Of a DNA stretch of 64,000 bases, positions 49,330 through 59,039 are shown in pieces. The stretch lies in the IMG/VR virus record IMGVR_UViG_3300042893_001481, one strand, 5' to 3'. Under the pieces are notes generated by a model. That model was not told the DNA's origin. It did no database searches and saw only the letters and a program-made list of their open reading frames with translations. Within the stretch, counting starts at the first letter, position 1, and each line of letters begins with the position of its first letter. This DNA comes from a virus. A program made the position numbers and the translations under genes.

Positions 49330-49571
49330 GATAGTTTTTCTCTAGCAAATAATTTAAAAAACTTACCTGTGTTTGGATCTGTAAATTTTATATATGAATT
49401 ACTATCATTACCTAATGTGATTATAACTTCTTTGTTCGTTGAGTTTTCATCCGCCTCGGTAAAGACAACTGGTTCGTCGTTGTCAAATTGTACTACCCAT
49501 TCACATGGACTAAAATATTGAATGGTGTTTTCAAGTTCAACCTTAGTTGATGTCTTTTTTTTCCTTGGCAT
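49326..49571 (-). CDS. Hypothetical protein
   Basis: 81-aa ORF coupled within the minus-strand operon. Confidence 0.55.
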   Translation of the reverse strand: MPRKKKTSTKVELENTIQYFSPCEWVVQFDNDEPVVFTEADENSTNKEVIITLGNDSNSYIKFTDPNTGKFFKLFAREKLS

Positions 49572-49572
49572 A

Positions 49573-50820
49573 TTATTTAATTTTATTTAATTTAGGTAAC
49601 ATCAAATTAATTTGTTTTGAAATAATTGAATGTGGTTCCATATAAGATTTTAAAAGTTCTTTCATTTTGTCTAATGTAAATTTTTCTGAATTCATAATTC
49701 TTAATTTTTCAGACTTAATCAAAAACTCATCATAGTTCGATTTGACTAATTTTAATACATGAATAAATTCATCGTAATTTGCAGTAAACCATTTTGAATC
49801 CTTTATTATAAAATTGTCCTGTGCACTTACATCCACATCTGTTAATTTACCACCAATCATTGCGGCATAATCCATCGGTAAAAAATCTTTGTGACCCGAC
49901 CAATTAGATGCAATCACAGGTTTACCTGTCATTGTAAATTCTAATAGAGGTCTACCAAAACCTTCTCCTTTAGTTATGGAAACCATTGCCTTTACCTTTG
50001 GGTGGTTATATAAATCATTCATCTCTTCATCCTTTAAATCACCAAATAAAAGATATACCGGTACTTTATCGTCACCAACTATTTTTTGAATCCTATTGAT
50101 TAAATTTTCACGTTCTTTAACCGAGAATGATGCTGAAGATGTTTTTAATATTAAAGCCGGTTTATCTATTTCATCTTTAAAAGAATTAGCAAAACACTTA
50201 ATTAACATACCAACATCTTTTCTATCTTGACCAATACTTCCTTTTAACCAGTGACCTACAAAAAGATAAGCGAAATCCTCTTCAATATCTAATTTAAAAG
50301 TATCATTTACATTATTGTTATAAATTTTTTTATCTACACCTTCAAATAAAACATTAATAGGTTTATCGATTCTATGTTGTTTAATTAATCTATTTGTGTT
50401 TTTATCATTTTCATTATAAACAGTTGACAATAAAACCTCTTTTGAAAAATTTGATGTTGTAATAATCATATCCATTACATTACAACCGTCAATCCAATCT
50501 TTTGGTGCGACCGTTGTTTCGATACCCGCAGTTACACCTATATTAAATTTACCAAGTCTTTTAAATTCATTTGGTACAGTTACTTGAATGTAAATTTCGG
50601 GAAGACCATTAAATTGTGTAACGGTATTCTCTTCAATCCATTCATGAAACTCATTACCATCCTCCAATGCGGTTAATGGTGTTGACCCCCATAAACAACT
50701 ATCTATTTTAATATCAAACAAATCTATTTCTTTTAATGCCCACAGTAAATCTCTTGAATGTGCACCATAACCACTTCTTGTTTTAACTGGTCCTCTAAAT
50801 AAAATTATCGGTTTACTCAT
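49573..50820 (-). CDS. GT4 glycosyltransferase
   Basis: SGYG.HSR, DRKDVG, KGEGFGRPLLEF, SNWSGH.DF. Confidence 0.85.
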   Translation of the reverse strand: MSKPIILFRGPVKTRSGYGAHSRDLLWALKEIDLFDIKIDSCLWGSTPLTALEDGNEFHEWIEENTVTQFNGLPEIYIQVTVPNEFKRLGKFNIGVTAGIETTVAPKDWIDGCNVMDMIITTSNFSKEVLLSTVYNENDKNTNRLIKQHRIDKPINVLFEGVDKKIYNNNVNDTFKLDIEEDFAYLFVGHWLKGSIGQDRKDVGMLIKCFANSFKDEIDKPALILKTSSASFSVKERENLINRIQKIVGDDKVPVYLLFGDLKDEEMNDLYNHPKVKAMVSITKGEGFGRPLLEFTMTGKPVIASNWSGHKDFLPMDYAAMIGGKLTDVDVSAQDNFIIKDSKWFTANYDEFIHVLKLVKSNYDEFLIKSEKLRIMNSEKFTLDKMKELLKSYMEPHSIISKQINLMLPKLNKIK

Positions 50821-52169
50821 ATTACTTTATATAAATTAAATCTTTCTTTTGGTTTATAGTTTTTTAACGTTGTTTCAATACCTTCGGACATTTTATCACA
50901 CATGATTTTTGATGATAAATTTTCAATTGCCCATTCTCTACCTTTTTTTCCTCTTTCTTTTCTTTCCTTACGACCCCAATTATATACTGTCATAATTGCA
51001 TCGGCAACTTCATCATCATTCACTCTATCGTCGAATATATAAGGAGTTATTGGTGAACCGTTTAAATTAATTGCTGATGGCCAAACAGGTACTACCCATT
51101 CACCAGTCACCCCGCTGTTTGTTTGATGTAACGAACCAACCTCAATATAATCATCTGCAGTTAAAGGAAATCCACATTGATCTTGTAGACCACCAGTGAC
51201 ATTAACAATGATTGGTGTTCCCGACATTAAACTTTCAGTTGTACCCAAACCAAACCCTTCATTATTTGAAATGTTTATTGTACAATCAGAAATATTATAC
51301 AATTCATTTAATGTCTCTTGTTCTATTTTATTTTCAAAAATTTTAACATCATAATCCTTACATAATGTATCAACCACAGCACCTAAATCAGTACCGTTAT
51401 TATCCACTTGATTCGTTTTCATTAATAAAAGACACTTACTTGATTGTTCTTTAGTTAATTTATCACAAAACTTTCTGTATGAATAAATTACGTCAGATGG
51501 TTGTTTTCTTCTTATGTTTCTACTGTTATAAAATAAAATAAAATCATATTCTTTATCCCCATTCACAAGTGTTTTAACATCATCAGATATTTTATCCAAT
51601 GGTTTAAAAAGATTTTGATTAATACCATGTGGTACATAACTAACTTGCCATTTTTCTAGTGGTTTAAAAGAAGGTTTGGTTGTCAAACCCCCAACCCTAC
51701 TAACAATACCATATGTTAGTTTAGAAATACACCCTAACCAATCACAACTTTCGTAATAATTTCTATTATAAGATGGGTCTGGTAAGTTATCCCAAATGTG
51801 ATAATATAGAATTGGTACGAGTTGTCTTATTTCATGTTCAGAATCGTATAACCATTCCCAATAATGTGGATCTGTAAAATGTAAAATTGCATCTGGTTTC
51901 TCATCTTTAATTAATTTTCGTAATAAAAAAATGTCACCATATGAATTATTGGCATAAATTTTAACATTAGCATCATTAACACCAGTTCGTTTTCTTACAT
52001 CATCATTTAAATCTACAACCTTTCCACTTTCAGGATGGTTAATACCTGCACCTAATTGTACCCAATCAAATTTATCAACAGTACCAAGTACTATCTCTTT
52101 TGACATGGTGGCAATACCACTTGTCATTCTTAAATCATCTGATAATAATAAAATTTTCTTTTTACTCAT
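50817..52169 (-). CDS. GT4 glycosyltransferase
   Basis: LLLSDD, VPHGI, RNIRRKQ, NEGFGL...ES..SGTPII..TGGLQDQ; start at MSKKK. Confidence 0.85.
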   Translation of the reverse strand: MSKKKILLLSDDLRMTSGIATMSKEIVLGTVDKFDWVQLGAGINHPESGKVVDLNDDVRKRTGVNDANVKIYANNSYGDIFLLRKLIKDEKPDAILHFTDPHYWEWLYDSEHEIRQLVPILYYHIWDNLPDPSYNRNYYESCDWLGCISKLTYGIVSRVGGLTTKPSFKPLEKWQVSYVPHGINQNLFKPLDKISDDVKTLVNGDKEYDFILFYNSRNIRRKQPSDVIYSYRKFCDKLTKEQSSKCLLLMKTNQVDNNGTDLGAVVDTLCKDYDVKIFENKIEQETLNELYNISDCTINISNNEGFGLGTTESLMSGTPIIVNVTGGLQDQCGFPLTADDYIEVGSLHQTNSGVTGEWVVPVWPSAINLNGSPITPYIFDDRVNDDEVADAIMTVYNWGRKERKERGKKGREWAIENLSSKIMCDKMSEGIETTLKNYKPKERFNLYKVI

Positions 52170-52170
52170 A

Positions 52171-52368
52171 TTAATATTTTGAACCACTTACTGCTAAATC
52201 AGTATAGTTATTAATCGTGTCTCTAAATTTTTCATCTTTAACATATAAATCCAAAGAACGATTTACTAATTTTTGAAGATTTATGCTACCATCTATTGCG
52301 TTTATTTTAAATTTTTTGTAAATACCATCTAAGACATGTACACTTGTTAATTTCATTTCTACTTTCAT
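52171..52368 (-). CDS. Small hypothetical protein
   Basis: 65 aa, KLTSVHV...LQKLVNRSLDLY; possibly ribbon-helix-helix-like. Confidence 0.55.
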   Translation of the reverse strand: MKVEMKLTSVHVLDGIYKKFKINAIDGSINLQKLVNRSLDLYVKDEKFRDTINNYTDLAVSGSKY

Positions 52369-52444
52369 ATTGTATTATATATATAAATTTTTATATACCC
52401 TTATTATAAAAAATATCACCTAAGAATAGATGATATAATATTAA

Positions 52445-52573
52445 TTATTGATTATTAGTACTTGTTGCTTGTGGAGTTGGTTGACTCGCAGTTTGTTGTA
52501 CTTCTGTTAACCTAATCGAAACCGGAGGTTGAGTAGGTTGTTCTTGTTTTGGTTTTTTACATCCGCATCCCAT
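52445..52573 (-). CDS. 42-aa MGCGC-start peptide
   Basis: Manual translation MGCGCKKPKQEQPTQPPVSIRLTEVQQTASQPTPQATSTNNQ; A-rich leader. Confidence 0.55.
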   Translation of the reverse strand: MGCGCKKPKQEQPTQPPVSIRLTEVQQTASQPTPQATSTNNQ

Positions 52574-52670
52574 AGTTGTTGTTTTTTTATAAATATTTTG
52601 TTTTATTGAAATTTATTCTCTATATTTTAATAAAGTATAAACAATTTTAAACAAAAAATCAATAGAAGTA

Positions 52671-53360
52671 ATGGATAAAGATTTCAAACCAGTAAAAAGT
52701 GTCTACAATTCAAATTTTGACACGATTAAAAACATTATGTTTTTATATAATATAGAACAATTCGATTTGGATTGTACCTATTCTAAGGGAGCATTTTGGA
52801 AAGACCTACCATCCCCAAAGTTTAAATCTGATTTGTATCCTGTGAATGAAGACGTAGTTCAAGCAAGTTCTGAGAATTTACCATTTGGGGACGGATCAAT
52901 GAAAAATATAATGTACGACCCTCCATTTGTTATTGCTGGTAAAACCTATAGAGATAATAAAGATGGTAGTTCTATTATGGCTAAAAGGTTTGAGGGTTAC
53001 AACACATATAACGACCTCACAGTCAACTATTACAACACGTTGAAGGAATTATACAGAATTTGTGAGAAAGGTGGTCATGTGGTCATGAAATGTCAAGACA
53101 CGGTATCCGGTGGTAAGAACCACTTCTCACATTGTTTGATTATGAATATGGCCATGGAAATAGGGTTCTACCCAAGAGATTTGTTTATTTTAAATTCAAA
53201 CGTGAGAATTAATAGTTTTGGTACCAAATGGACTAAACAAGAACACGCAAGAAAATACCATAGTTATTTTTGGGTGTTTGAAAAGGTAAAACCAAGAGTG
53301 AAGTATGAGTTTATGAATAAGATGGTCGTACTGGATTCTGAGGAGTCCCCAAATACATAG
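52671..53360 (+). CDS. Putative amino-group (N6A/N4C) DNA methyltransferase
   Basis: DCTYSKG.FW motif I-like, MYDPPF motif IV, HARK.HSY. Confidence 0.7.
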   Translation: MDKDFKPVKSVYNSNFDTIKNIMFLYNIEQFDLDCTYSKGAFWKDLPSPKFKSDLYPVNEDVVQASSENLPFGDGSMKNIMYDPPFVIAGKTYRDNKDGSSIMAKRFEGYNTYNDLTVNYYNTLKELYRICEKGGHVVMKCQDTVSGGKNHFSHCLIMNMAMEIGFYPRDLFILNSNVRINSFGTKWTKQEHARKYHSYFWVFEKVKPRVKYEFMNKMVVLDSEESPNT

Positions 53361-53685
53361 CAACTCGGTCACCAACTCTCCAATTTTTGGATGTTCCCGC
53401 GGGGAATTCAATAATGTGGTCACCCATACCAGTGTATTTCGGCGGGTTCATTCTATGTGAATCAGGAACTTCACAATTCGGGTGTATGTGACTGATTCGA
53501 TTATTCATAACAAACACAATATCAAGTGGTATTAAACAATTTTTCATCCAAAACGTATGGTGGCCTCTACCCATTTTGAATACCATACAACCCTCTAAAC
53601 TATCTCTACCCATCATACCTCTTTGTTTCTCTTCTGATGTGGTTAGATATTCGGCTGGAAAACTTTGATTATTAATGTGTACCAT
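53311..53685 (-). CDS. DUF192 family protein
   Basis: RGMMGR, FWMKNCLIPLDIVF, IEFPAG, GDRV. Confidence 0.85.
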   Translation of the reverse strand: MVHINNQSFPAEYLTTSEEKQRGMMGRDSLEGCMVFKMGRGHHTFWMKNCLIPLDIVFVMNNRISHIHPNCEVPDSHRMNPPKYTGMGDHIIEFPAGTSKNWRVGDRVAMYLGTPQNPVRPSYS

Positions 53686-53696
53686 ATTGATAATTA

Positions 53697-53728
53697 TTTG
53701 GATTTTTAATAATAATTCCGTATATTAG
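53697..53728 (+). promoter_or_regulatory. Bacteroidota-type sigma70-like promoter
   Basis: TTTG (53697)-N20-TATATTAG (53721). Confidence 0.5.
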
Positions 53729-53742
53729 TAAAAATATTGAAT

Positions 53743-53919
53743 ATGAAAATAAAACAAGTCATTTATGTGATGTTGATTCTTACGGGAATCTTAATTGAAA
53801 AATATGGATTAAAAGGTGCTGACCCTGAATTGGTTAAATATTTTGGGTGGGGAGTAATTAGTCTTGGGTCATTTAACATTATATTGGATTACATTAGAAA
53901 ACCTAAAAAAAATAAATAA
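53743..53919 (+). CDS. Small membrane protein
   Basis: Two hydrophobic segments, about 58 aa. Confidence 0.55.
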   Translation: MKIKQVIYVMLILTGILIEKYGLKGADPELVKYFGWGVISLGSFNIILDYIRKPKKNK

Positions 53920-53920
53920 G

Positions 53921-54619
53921 ATGGATACAATTACAAGTTATGAAGATTTGATAAAACATCTAATTGATAACAAAATTACGATGGTTCGCCCCGATGAATT
54001 TAAAACGATATTCAACCATCATTCTGAAATATCCAAAGTAGATGGGGATATAGTAGAGTGTGGTGTTTGGAGGGGTGGATTTTCAATATTTTTAAGTCAT
54101 GTTTTTCAGGATAAAAATATTTGGGTATGTGATTCATATGAAGGGTTCCAACCTATTGAAATTGCTAAACATAGTTATGATAGGGAAAGACATACAGATC
54201 AATACACACACAATTCTGTTGGTCCGATAGCCATTAGTTTAGAGGAAGTTCAATCACACTTTAAAACATACGGATTAGGTGATGACAAACGAATTAAATT
54301 TTTAAAAGGATTTGTTAAAGATACTCTACCAACATCTGGAATAGAAAAAGTATCATTATTAAGAATAGATGTGGATGCATTTTCCGCCACACTAGAAACT
54401 TTAGAAGAATTATACGATAAGGTACAACCAGGTGGATACATTATATTTGATGATTCTGGTCTATATGAATCCTTAGATGCAATTAGAGTATTTTTTAAAC
54501 AAAGAGACATACCTGAATTCTTAAACCATCCCGTAACCAATCAACAATTAGACATTAATTTAAGGTATACAAATGATGACTCGGGTTTACCTCCAGGTTG
54601 TTACATTATAAAAAAATAA
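53921..54619 (+). CDS. TylF/MycF-family (macrocin-type) O-methyltransferase
   Basis: GDIVECGVWRGG, DSYEG, KGFVKDTLP, LRIDVD, GGYIIFDD. Confidence 0.9.
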   Translation: MDTITSYEDLIKHLIDNKITMVRPDEFKTIFNHHSEISKVDGDIVECGVWRGGFSIFLSHVFQDKNIWVCDSYEGFQPIEIAKHSYDRERHTDQYTHNSVGPIAISLEEVQSHFKTYGLGDDKRIKFLKGFVKDTLPTSGIEKVSLLRIDVDAFSATLETLEELYDKVQPGGYIIFDDSGLYESLDAIRVFFKQRDIPEFLNHPVTNQQLDINLRYTNDDSGLPPGCYIIKK

Positions 54620-54624
54620 ATAAA

Positions 54625-54816
54625 ATGAAGAAAAAAATATATCTTAAAGATTTCTTTGTTTATAACAAGAAGCATCATTGGTTTATCTTACCAACAATTG
54701 TTTTCTTTCATAATAAAGAAACGTTTCTTGAGACTGGTGTCTACTCACCATCTTGGGGGTTAACTGTTAGGTGGTTAACATATATGGTTGGATTTCAAAT
54801 ACAAGAAGGGTATTAA
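54625..54816 (+). CDS. Hypothetical protein
   Basis: Short aromatic-rich ORF in the plus-strand run. Confidence 0.5.
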   Translation: MKKKIYLKDFFVYNKKHHWFILPTIVFFHNKETFLETGVYSPSWGLTVRWLTYMVGFQIQEGY

Positions 54817-54817
54817 T

Positions 54818-55183
54818 ATGGAAAATAGAGATACAAGTATATTAGCATTCGGGGCGATTATTTCCCTATTTGGTGTATTAGTTTCGTTAATGTATTTTAA
54901 TGATAAACCCATACCCGTTGTGACAACCACAATCTGTAAGGAAGATTCATTACAAAACGTCATTAATGAATTACAAATGGATTTGAAAATGCAATCAGAT
55001 GGATTTGATTCTAAAGAAAAAAGATATTCCGAAATTTTATTTGAGTATGAATATGGGGTTGACCATTTAAAAAACTATCAGCCACAAGCATATAGAGAGT
55101 TTCACAGAATTTTATCTCATAAAGAAATTTTTAATAGACAAGACGAACAAGAAAATATAAAAAGGTTGGAATCACCAAAATAA
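54818..55183 (+). CDS. Membrane-anchored coiled-coil hypothetical protein
   Basis: N-terminal TM segment, then DSLQ..I.ELQ; architecture similar to 60584-60868. Confidence 0.55.
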   Translation: MENRDTSILAFGAIISLFGVLVSLMYFNDKPIPVVTTTICKEDSLQNVINELQMDLKMQSDGFDSKEKRYSEILFEYEYGVDHLKNYQPQAYREFHRILSHKEIFNRQDEQENIKRLESPK

Positions 55184-55195
55184 TAAATATAAATT

Positions 55196-55414
55196 ATGTT
55201 AATATTGTTTAGAAAATTCATTTCACTTTTCATAAGAGAACCAAAAGAATGCTTTGGTTGGTCCGTTAAGGATTTTAATAGTGCCAAGAGATACTGTAAA
55301 TACAAAAATCACCCTGTTTCAAAAGATTTAACCCTTTGGGATTTTATCTATAATCAACAGGATGATTCAGTTTGGACTTTACACAAACTTAATTCATACT
55401 TAGGTCTTAATTAA
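55196..55414 (+). CDS. Hypothetical protein
   Basis: 72-aa ORF. Confidence 0.45.
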   Translation: MLILFRKFISLFIREPKECFGWSVKDFNSAKRYCKYKNHPVSKDLTLWDFIYNQQDDSVWTLHKLNSYLGLN

Positions 55415-55542
55415 CGACCTTGACCCTTGTACTTCTTAGGTTTTTGTGCTTTAGGACCCCAACTCTTTTGAGCCTTACCGGTCTTTCTTTTACCGAAAGT
55501 AACCTTGATTGATGAAGAGGAACCTTTACTTTTTGCTGCCAT
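55411..55542 (-). CDS. 43-aa highly basic protein ending KKYKGQGR
   Basis: Manual translation MAAKSKGSSSSIKVTFGKRKTGKAQKSWGPKAQKPKKYKGQGR. Confidence 0.65.
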   Translation of the reverse strand: MAAKSKGSSSSIKVTFGKRKTGKAQKSWGPKAQKPKKYKGQGR

Positions 55543-55615
55543 AATTTGTGTGTTTTATACTAATAAGTATTTTATAATACTTTTTCGTATATTTGTATTC
55601 TAACAATTAACTTAC

Positions 55616-57508
55616 ATGGAAACCTTAATAACTCAGAAATTCACCTTTGCGACCATAACCCCATATAAGGACTACTCAAAACTATCGGACAAAAAATCGT
55701 CGTTAAATACCTTTGAATTAAATGAGGTTGATGTGTTGGACCCAAATAATGAGGACTATATTAGGGGTGTTTTTACCAAAGACATAACAGGAAGAACTTA
55801 TTCACTTCCAGATAAATTATCGTACCATAAAAGAAAACTTAATTTTTTTTATGATAATACGGAAGTACATGAAACATTTAAAATACAATACGCATATCAG
55901 AACGTTAAAAGTGATTTTTCTTTTGACACAACAAAAGATCACCAAATTAAAAGACATTTTGGTAGACCCTTCAGTTCAATTGGTATTCAAACAATTGAAC
56001 GTTCGATAAGAAAATTTGGTGATAAAGTGACCATTAAAATTTACCACGGATATAAAAGAAGAAAGTTCAATTCAATATATTTCACTAAGTCTTTTTATGT
56101 AATATCGTTAACTATAAATCTAAAAACGGGGAACTTCACGGTTTTAGAAAAAGAAAAAAGTGGTAAGAAAAACGTCCAAAGGTTTGTTACAAATGGTTTT
56201 CAAACGTTGAATAATGCCGTTTCAAAAACACACTCTTTTTTCAACCCAATGAAGAGTATTAATAAAACATCCAGACTTTATGAAGAAATATCTGAAACAT
56301 TTAATAATGTAGAATTTAGTATTAAAATACAGGAAGCGTTAGATGTCGATTTTGGTTGTATTAACTATTCAAATACACCAGAACAATTCATTAGAGATTT
56401 AATGGGTATGTTTATCAAAAAGAAACAAATTAAAGTTCCCGATGGTGACGTTTCATATTGGTTATATAGATTCTATCCAACCGAAAAATATCTAAAAAAG
56501 AATGATAGGAAGTTACTAGCATCAATATTAGATATGTTGGGTATTAAAAGTAAATTTGCAGTTAAAATTCTACACCTAAATCCAAATATTGAGATTGAGG
56601 GGTTTGTTAGATTTTGTAACATGTTAGGCTCTAATTATTCAAAATACATTGCAAATATTAAGGATGAAGTTATTAACTTATCAGACAGAAGAAAAAATAG
56701 TAACGATACTTACGACGGTGTCAACAAAACCCTTTTAAGTAAAAAAAATTATACATTTAATTATGAATTAAAGGATATTGAAAGGGAGAATATAATTAAA
56801 ATTATTAATTCTACAGTTAGTATGGAATCTTACATACCAAATAATCTAATCAGAGGGGCATTTTCGGCGGACACATTTAGATTATTTGAGGATCATTTTA
56901 ATATGATTACGAAGATACGACCCTATGACCCTAATTTATTTATGAAGGCTAAAACTATGTCGGAGTTTAATGAAGAACATAGGGAACTCTCAAAGATGGT
57001 TTCGGCGATTAGAAAGGGTTGGGTATTAGAATACAAGTACGACGATGAAACCACTAAGGTTGTTGAAGAACCTTTAGAGTTTGTGGATGATAATGTTGGA
57101 GAAATTGAACAACTGTATCCACATATATTGAAAAGGGAAGAAGAATATGTTGAGGAGGGTTCATTCATGCACCATTGTGTTGCAACTTATGCGGATAAAG
57201 ATAAATCAATGGTTATATCTGTAAGAAACAAAGATAGTTCAAATAGGGTTACATGTGAATTTGATATACAAACGGGTAGATGTCTTCAACAACGTCATTT
57301 CTGTAATGCAAACCCACCAGACTATTTCAAAGACGCTTTATTATTATTAGAAGATAGGATTAGTAAACGAGCGAGATGGGGATTATTAAATTGGAAAGAA
57401 AAACAAAAGGTTCCTGTTTTGATAAATGGAAAACCAATTGTCCCCGAACAAAAGATTGTTAGGGCTGGAGACATCTTTGAAGGACATCGACTTCCATTTG
57501 AATTTTAA
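55616..57508 (+). CDS. PcfJ-like domain protein
   Basis: C-terminal EEGSFMHHCVATY...ISVR...VTCEF...Q...FCN. Confidence 0.7.
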   Translation: METLITQKFTFATITPYKDYSKLSDKKSSLNTFELNEVDVLDPNNEDYIRGVFTKDITGRTYSLPDKLSYHKRKLNFFYDNTEVHETFKIQYAYQNVKSDFSFDTTKDHQIKRHFGRPFSSIGIQTIERSIRKFGDKVTIKIYHGYKRRKFNSIYFTKSFYVISLTINLKTGNFTVLEKEKSGKKNVQRFVTNGFQTLNNAVSKTHSFFNPMKSINKTSRLYEEISETFNNVEFSIKIQEALDVDFGCINYSNTPEQFIRDLMGMFIKKKQIKVPDGDVSYWLYRFYPTEKYLKKNDRKLLASILDMLGIKSKFAVKILHLNPNIEIEGFVRFCNMLGSNYSKYIANIKDEVINLSDRRKNSNDTYDGVNKTLLSKKNYTFNYELKDIERENIIKIINSTVSMESYIPNNLIRGAFSADTFRLFEDHFNMITKIRPYDPNLFMKAKTMSEFNEEHRELSKMVSAIRKGWVLEYKYDDETTKVVEEPLEFVDDNVGEIEQLYPHILKREEEYVEEGSFMHHCVATYADKDKSMVISVRNKDSSNRVTCEFDIQTGRCLQQRHFCNANPPDYFKDALLLLEDRISKRARWGLLNWKEKQKVPVLINGKPIVPEQKIVRAGDIFEGHRLPFEF

Positions 57509-57544
57509 CTACACAATGTAAATGAATCCATATATATTTTATAT

Positions 57545-58963
57545 ATGGATTTATTATTTAGACACGAACAAAAGAAAATAGATAAGAGGTATGGTGCGGT
57601 ATCTGAATGTACTCTAATGTTATTTTTTGATGATAACAATTTAGAATTCCAATCCAAATTTCAATTTGATTATAATAGGTATGGTACAAGAAAGTTAATT
57701 GAATTTACCCATTCATTTAATTTAAACATTAATAACGGTGACTTCACTGTAACATATAAAATCATCAACGATAATTTAACCGAAGAAAAGATGTTTAGGA
57801 ATATAACTAAACATAAGAAGAACGATTTTAAATTACTATTTGATTTATCTGAAAATGGTTTTGTTAGAGGAGAAAAAAGAAAAGGATATTGGGGAGTTAA
57901 GTATAATAGGGCAACAGCGGAATTACTTCAGATAATATACTCTAAAGTGAATTCTAAAATTAAACTTGATTCAATAAGAAACAAAAAGTACATTGACAAG
58001 TACCAAATAAATCCATTATATGATTTAATAGTTGATTATCATTTGGATGTGAAAGGAATTAAAGGTCACGACACCGTATACTACGACATTCAAAACGAAT
58101 ACCCAAGAAAAAAGTTTTTAGAAAAGAACGATTATAAATTCTTACCGTCTGTGTTGGATTATTATGGTATTAAATCAAAATATCTTGTAAGTGAATTAAA
58201 TAAAAATTTAGGAAAACCTATTAATATTGCATCTTTAAATTACATATGTAAATTGTTTGGCGATAATCATCTTGAATATATAAAACTAATACCTTGGGAA
58301 ATGCATTGTTTTGACGTACCACCAAACAAAAGGATTCACGAATTAAAAAATGAATCTGAAAAAAAATGTATGGTTAGTGTCATTAACAAATGGGAATGTG
58401 ACACATTAAAATCAGATTCTTTAGTTTATAGTCTTAACAAATTATTATCGACAAGAGAATTATTGGAAAACAGGGGATTATATTTGAAATTTAAACCCAA
58501 GAACGATTCGGAATTTGAAAACACATCTGAAATGTGGTATGGAATTAAATTTCACTTTGCACGTGGTTACAGAGTTAAGTACGATATATCTGAAGATTTT
58601 GTTAATATGATTGAGAAAGATATCTTGATTGAAGGTGTTGTATATAAACCTAAATTAATATTAACCGAAGAGGAGTTTAGAATTGAGGGGTTTACTATGA
58701 AAAATTGTATGAGTAAACAATTTCCACATGGTGTTATATACCTATATGTTGCACTTCAAACAGGTCGTAAACGAATCAATCTACAATATAAGAGAGGATC
58801 TTTAATTCAATCATTTGGTAAGGCGAACACAACAGTTCAAGAAGAACTCTTTGGTAAGGCCACTCAAATCCTATCTGACAGGTTTAAAAGTGACCCAAAC
58901 ATCGTATGGAAAAAAGAAAAATACGATTTCATAACTAACTCATTTCCAACAGGTTACAATTAG
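57545..58963 (+). CDS. PcfJ-like domain protein, paralog of the previous gene
   Basis: EG.TMKNCM, Q.FGKAN; shares P.KK.L.KND.K.L.S.LD..GIKSK with the gene at 55616. Confidence 0.65.
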   Translation: MDLLFRHEQKKIDKRYGAVSECTLMLFFDDNNLEFQSKFQFDYNRYGTRKLIEFTHSFNLNINNGDFTVTYKIINDNLTEEKMFRNITKHKKNDFKLLFDLSENGFVRGEKRKGYWGVKYNRATAELLQIIYSKVNSKIKLDSIRNKKYIDKYQINPLYDLIVDYHLDVKGIKGHDTVYYDIQNEYPRKKFLEKNDYKFLPSVLDYYGIKSKYLVSELNKNLGKPINIASLNYICKLFGDNHLEYIKLIPWEMHCFDVPPNKRIHELKNESEKKCMVSVINKWECDTLKSDSLVYSLNKLLSTRELLENRGLYLKFKPKNDSEFENTSEMWYGIKFHFARGYRVKYDISEDFVNMIEKDILIEGVVYKPKLILTEEEFRIEGFTMKNCMSKQFPHGVIYLYVALQTGRKRINLQYKRGSLIQSFGKANTTVQEELFGKATQILSDRFKSDPNIVWKKEKYDFITNSFPTGYN

Positions 58964-58987
58964 TATAAAAAAATATCAAAAAGTTTA

Positions 58988-59017
58988 TTGCTATTTCACG
59001 AATTATTCTTAAATTTG
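58988..59017 (+). promoter_or_regulatory. Bacteroidota-type sigma70 promoter
   Basis: TTG-N19-TAAATTTG, an exact TAnnTTTG -7 element upstream of the C5 methyltransferase. Confidence 0.55.
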
Positions 59018-59039
59018 TGTCAACAAATAAACTTAAGAA

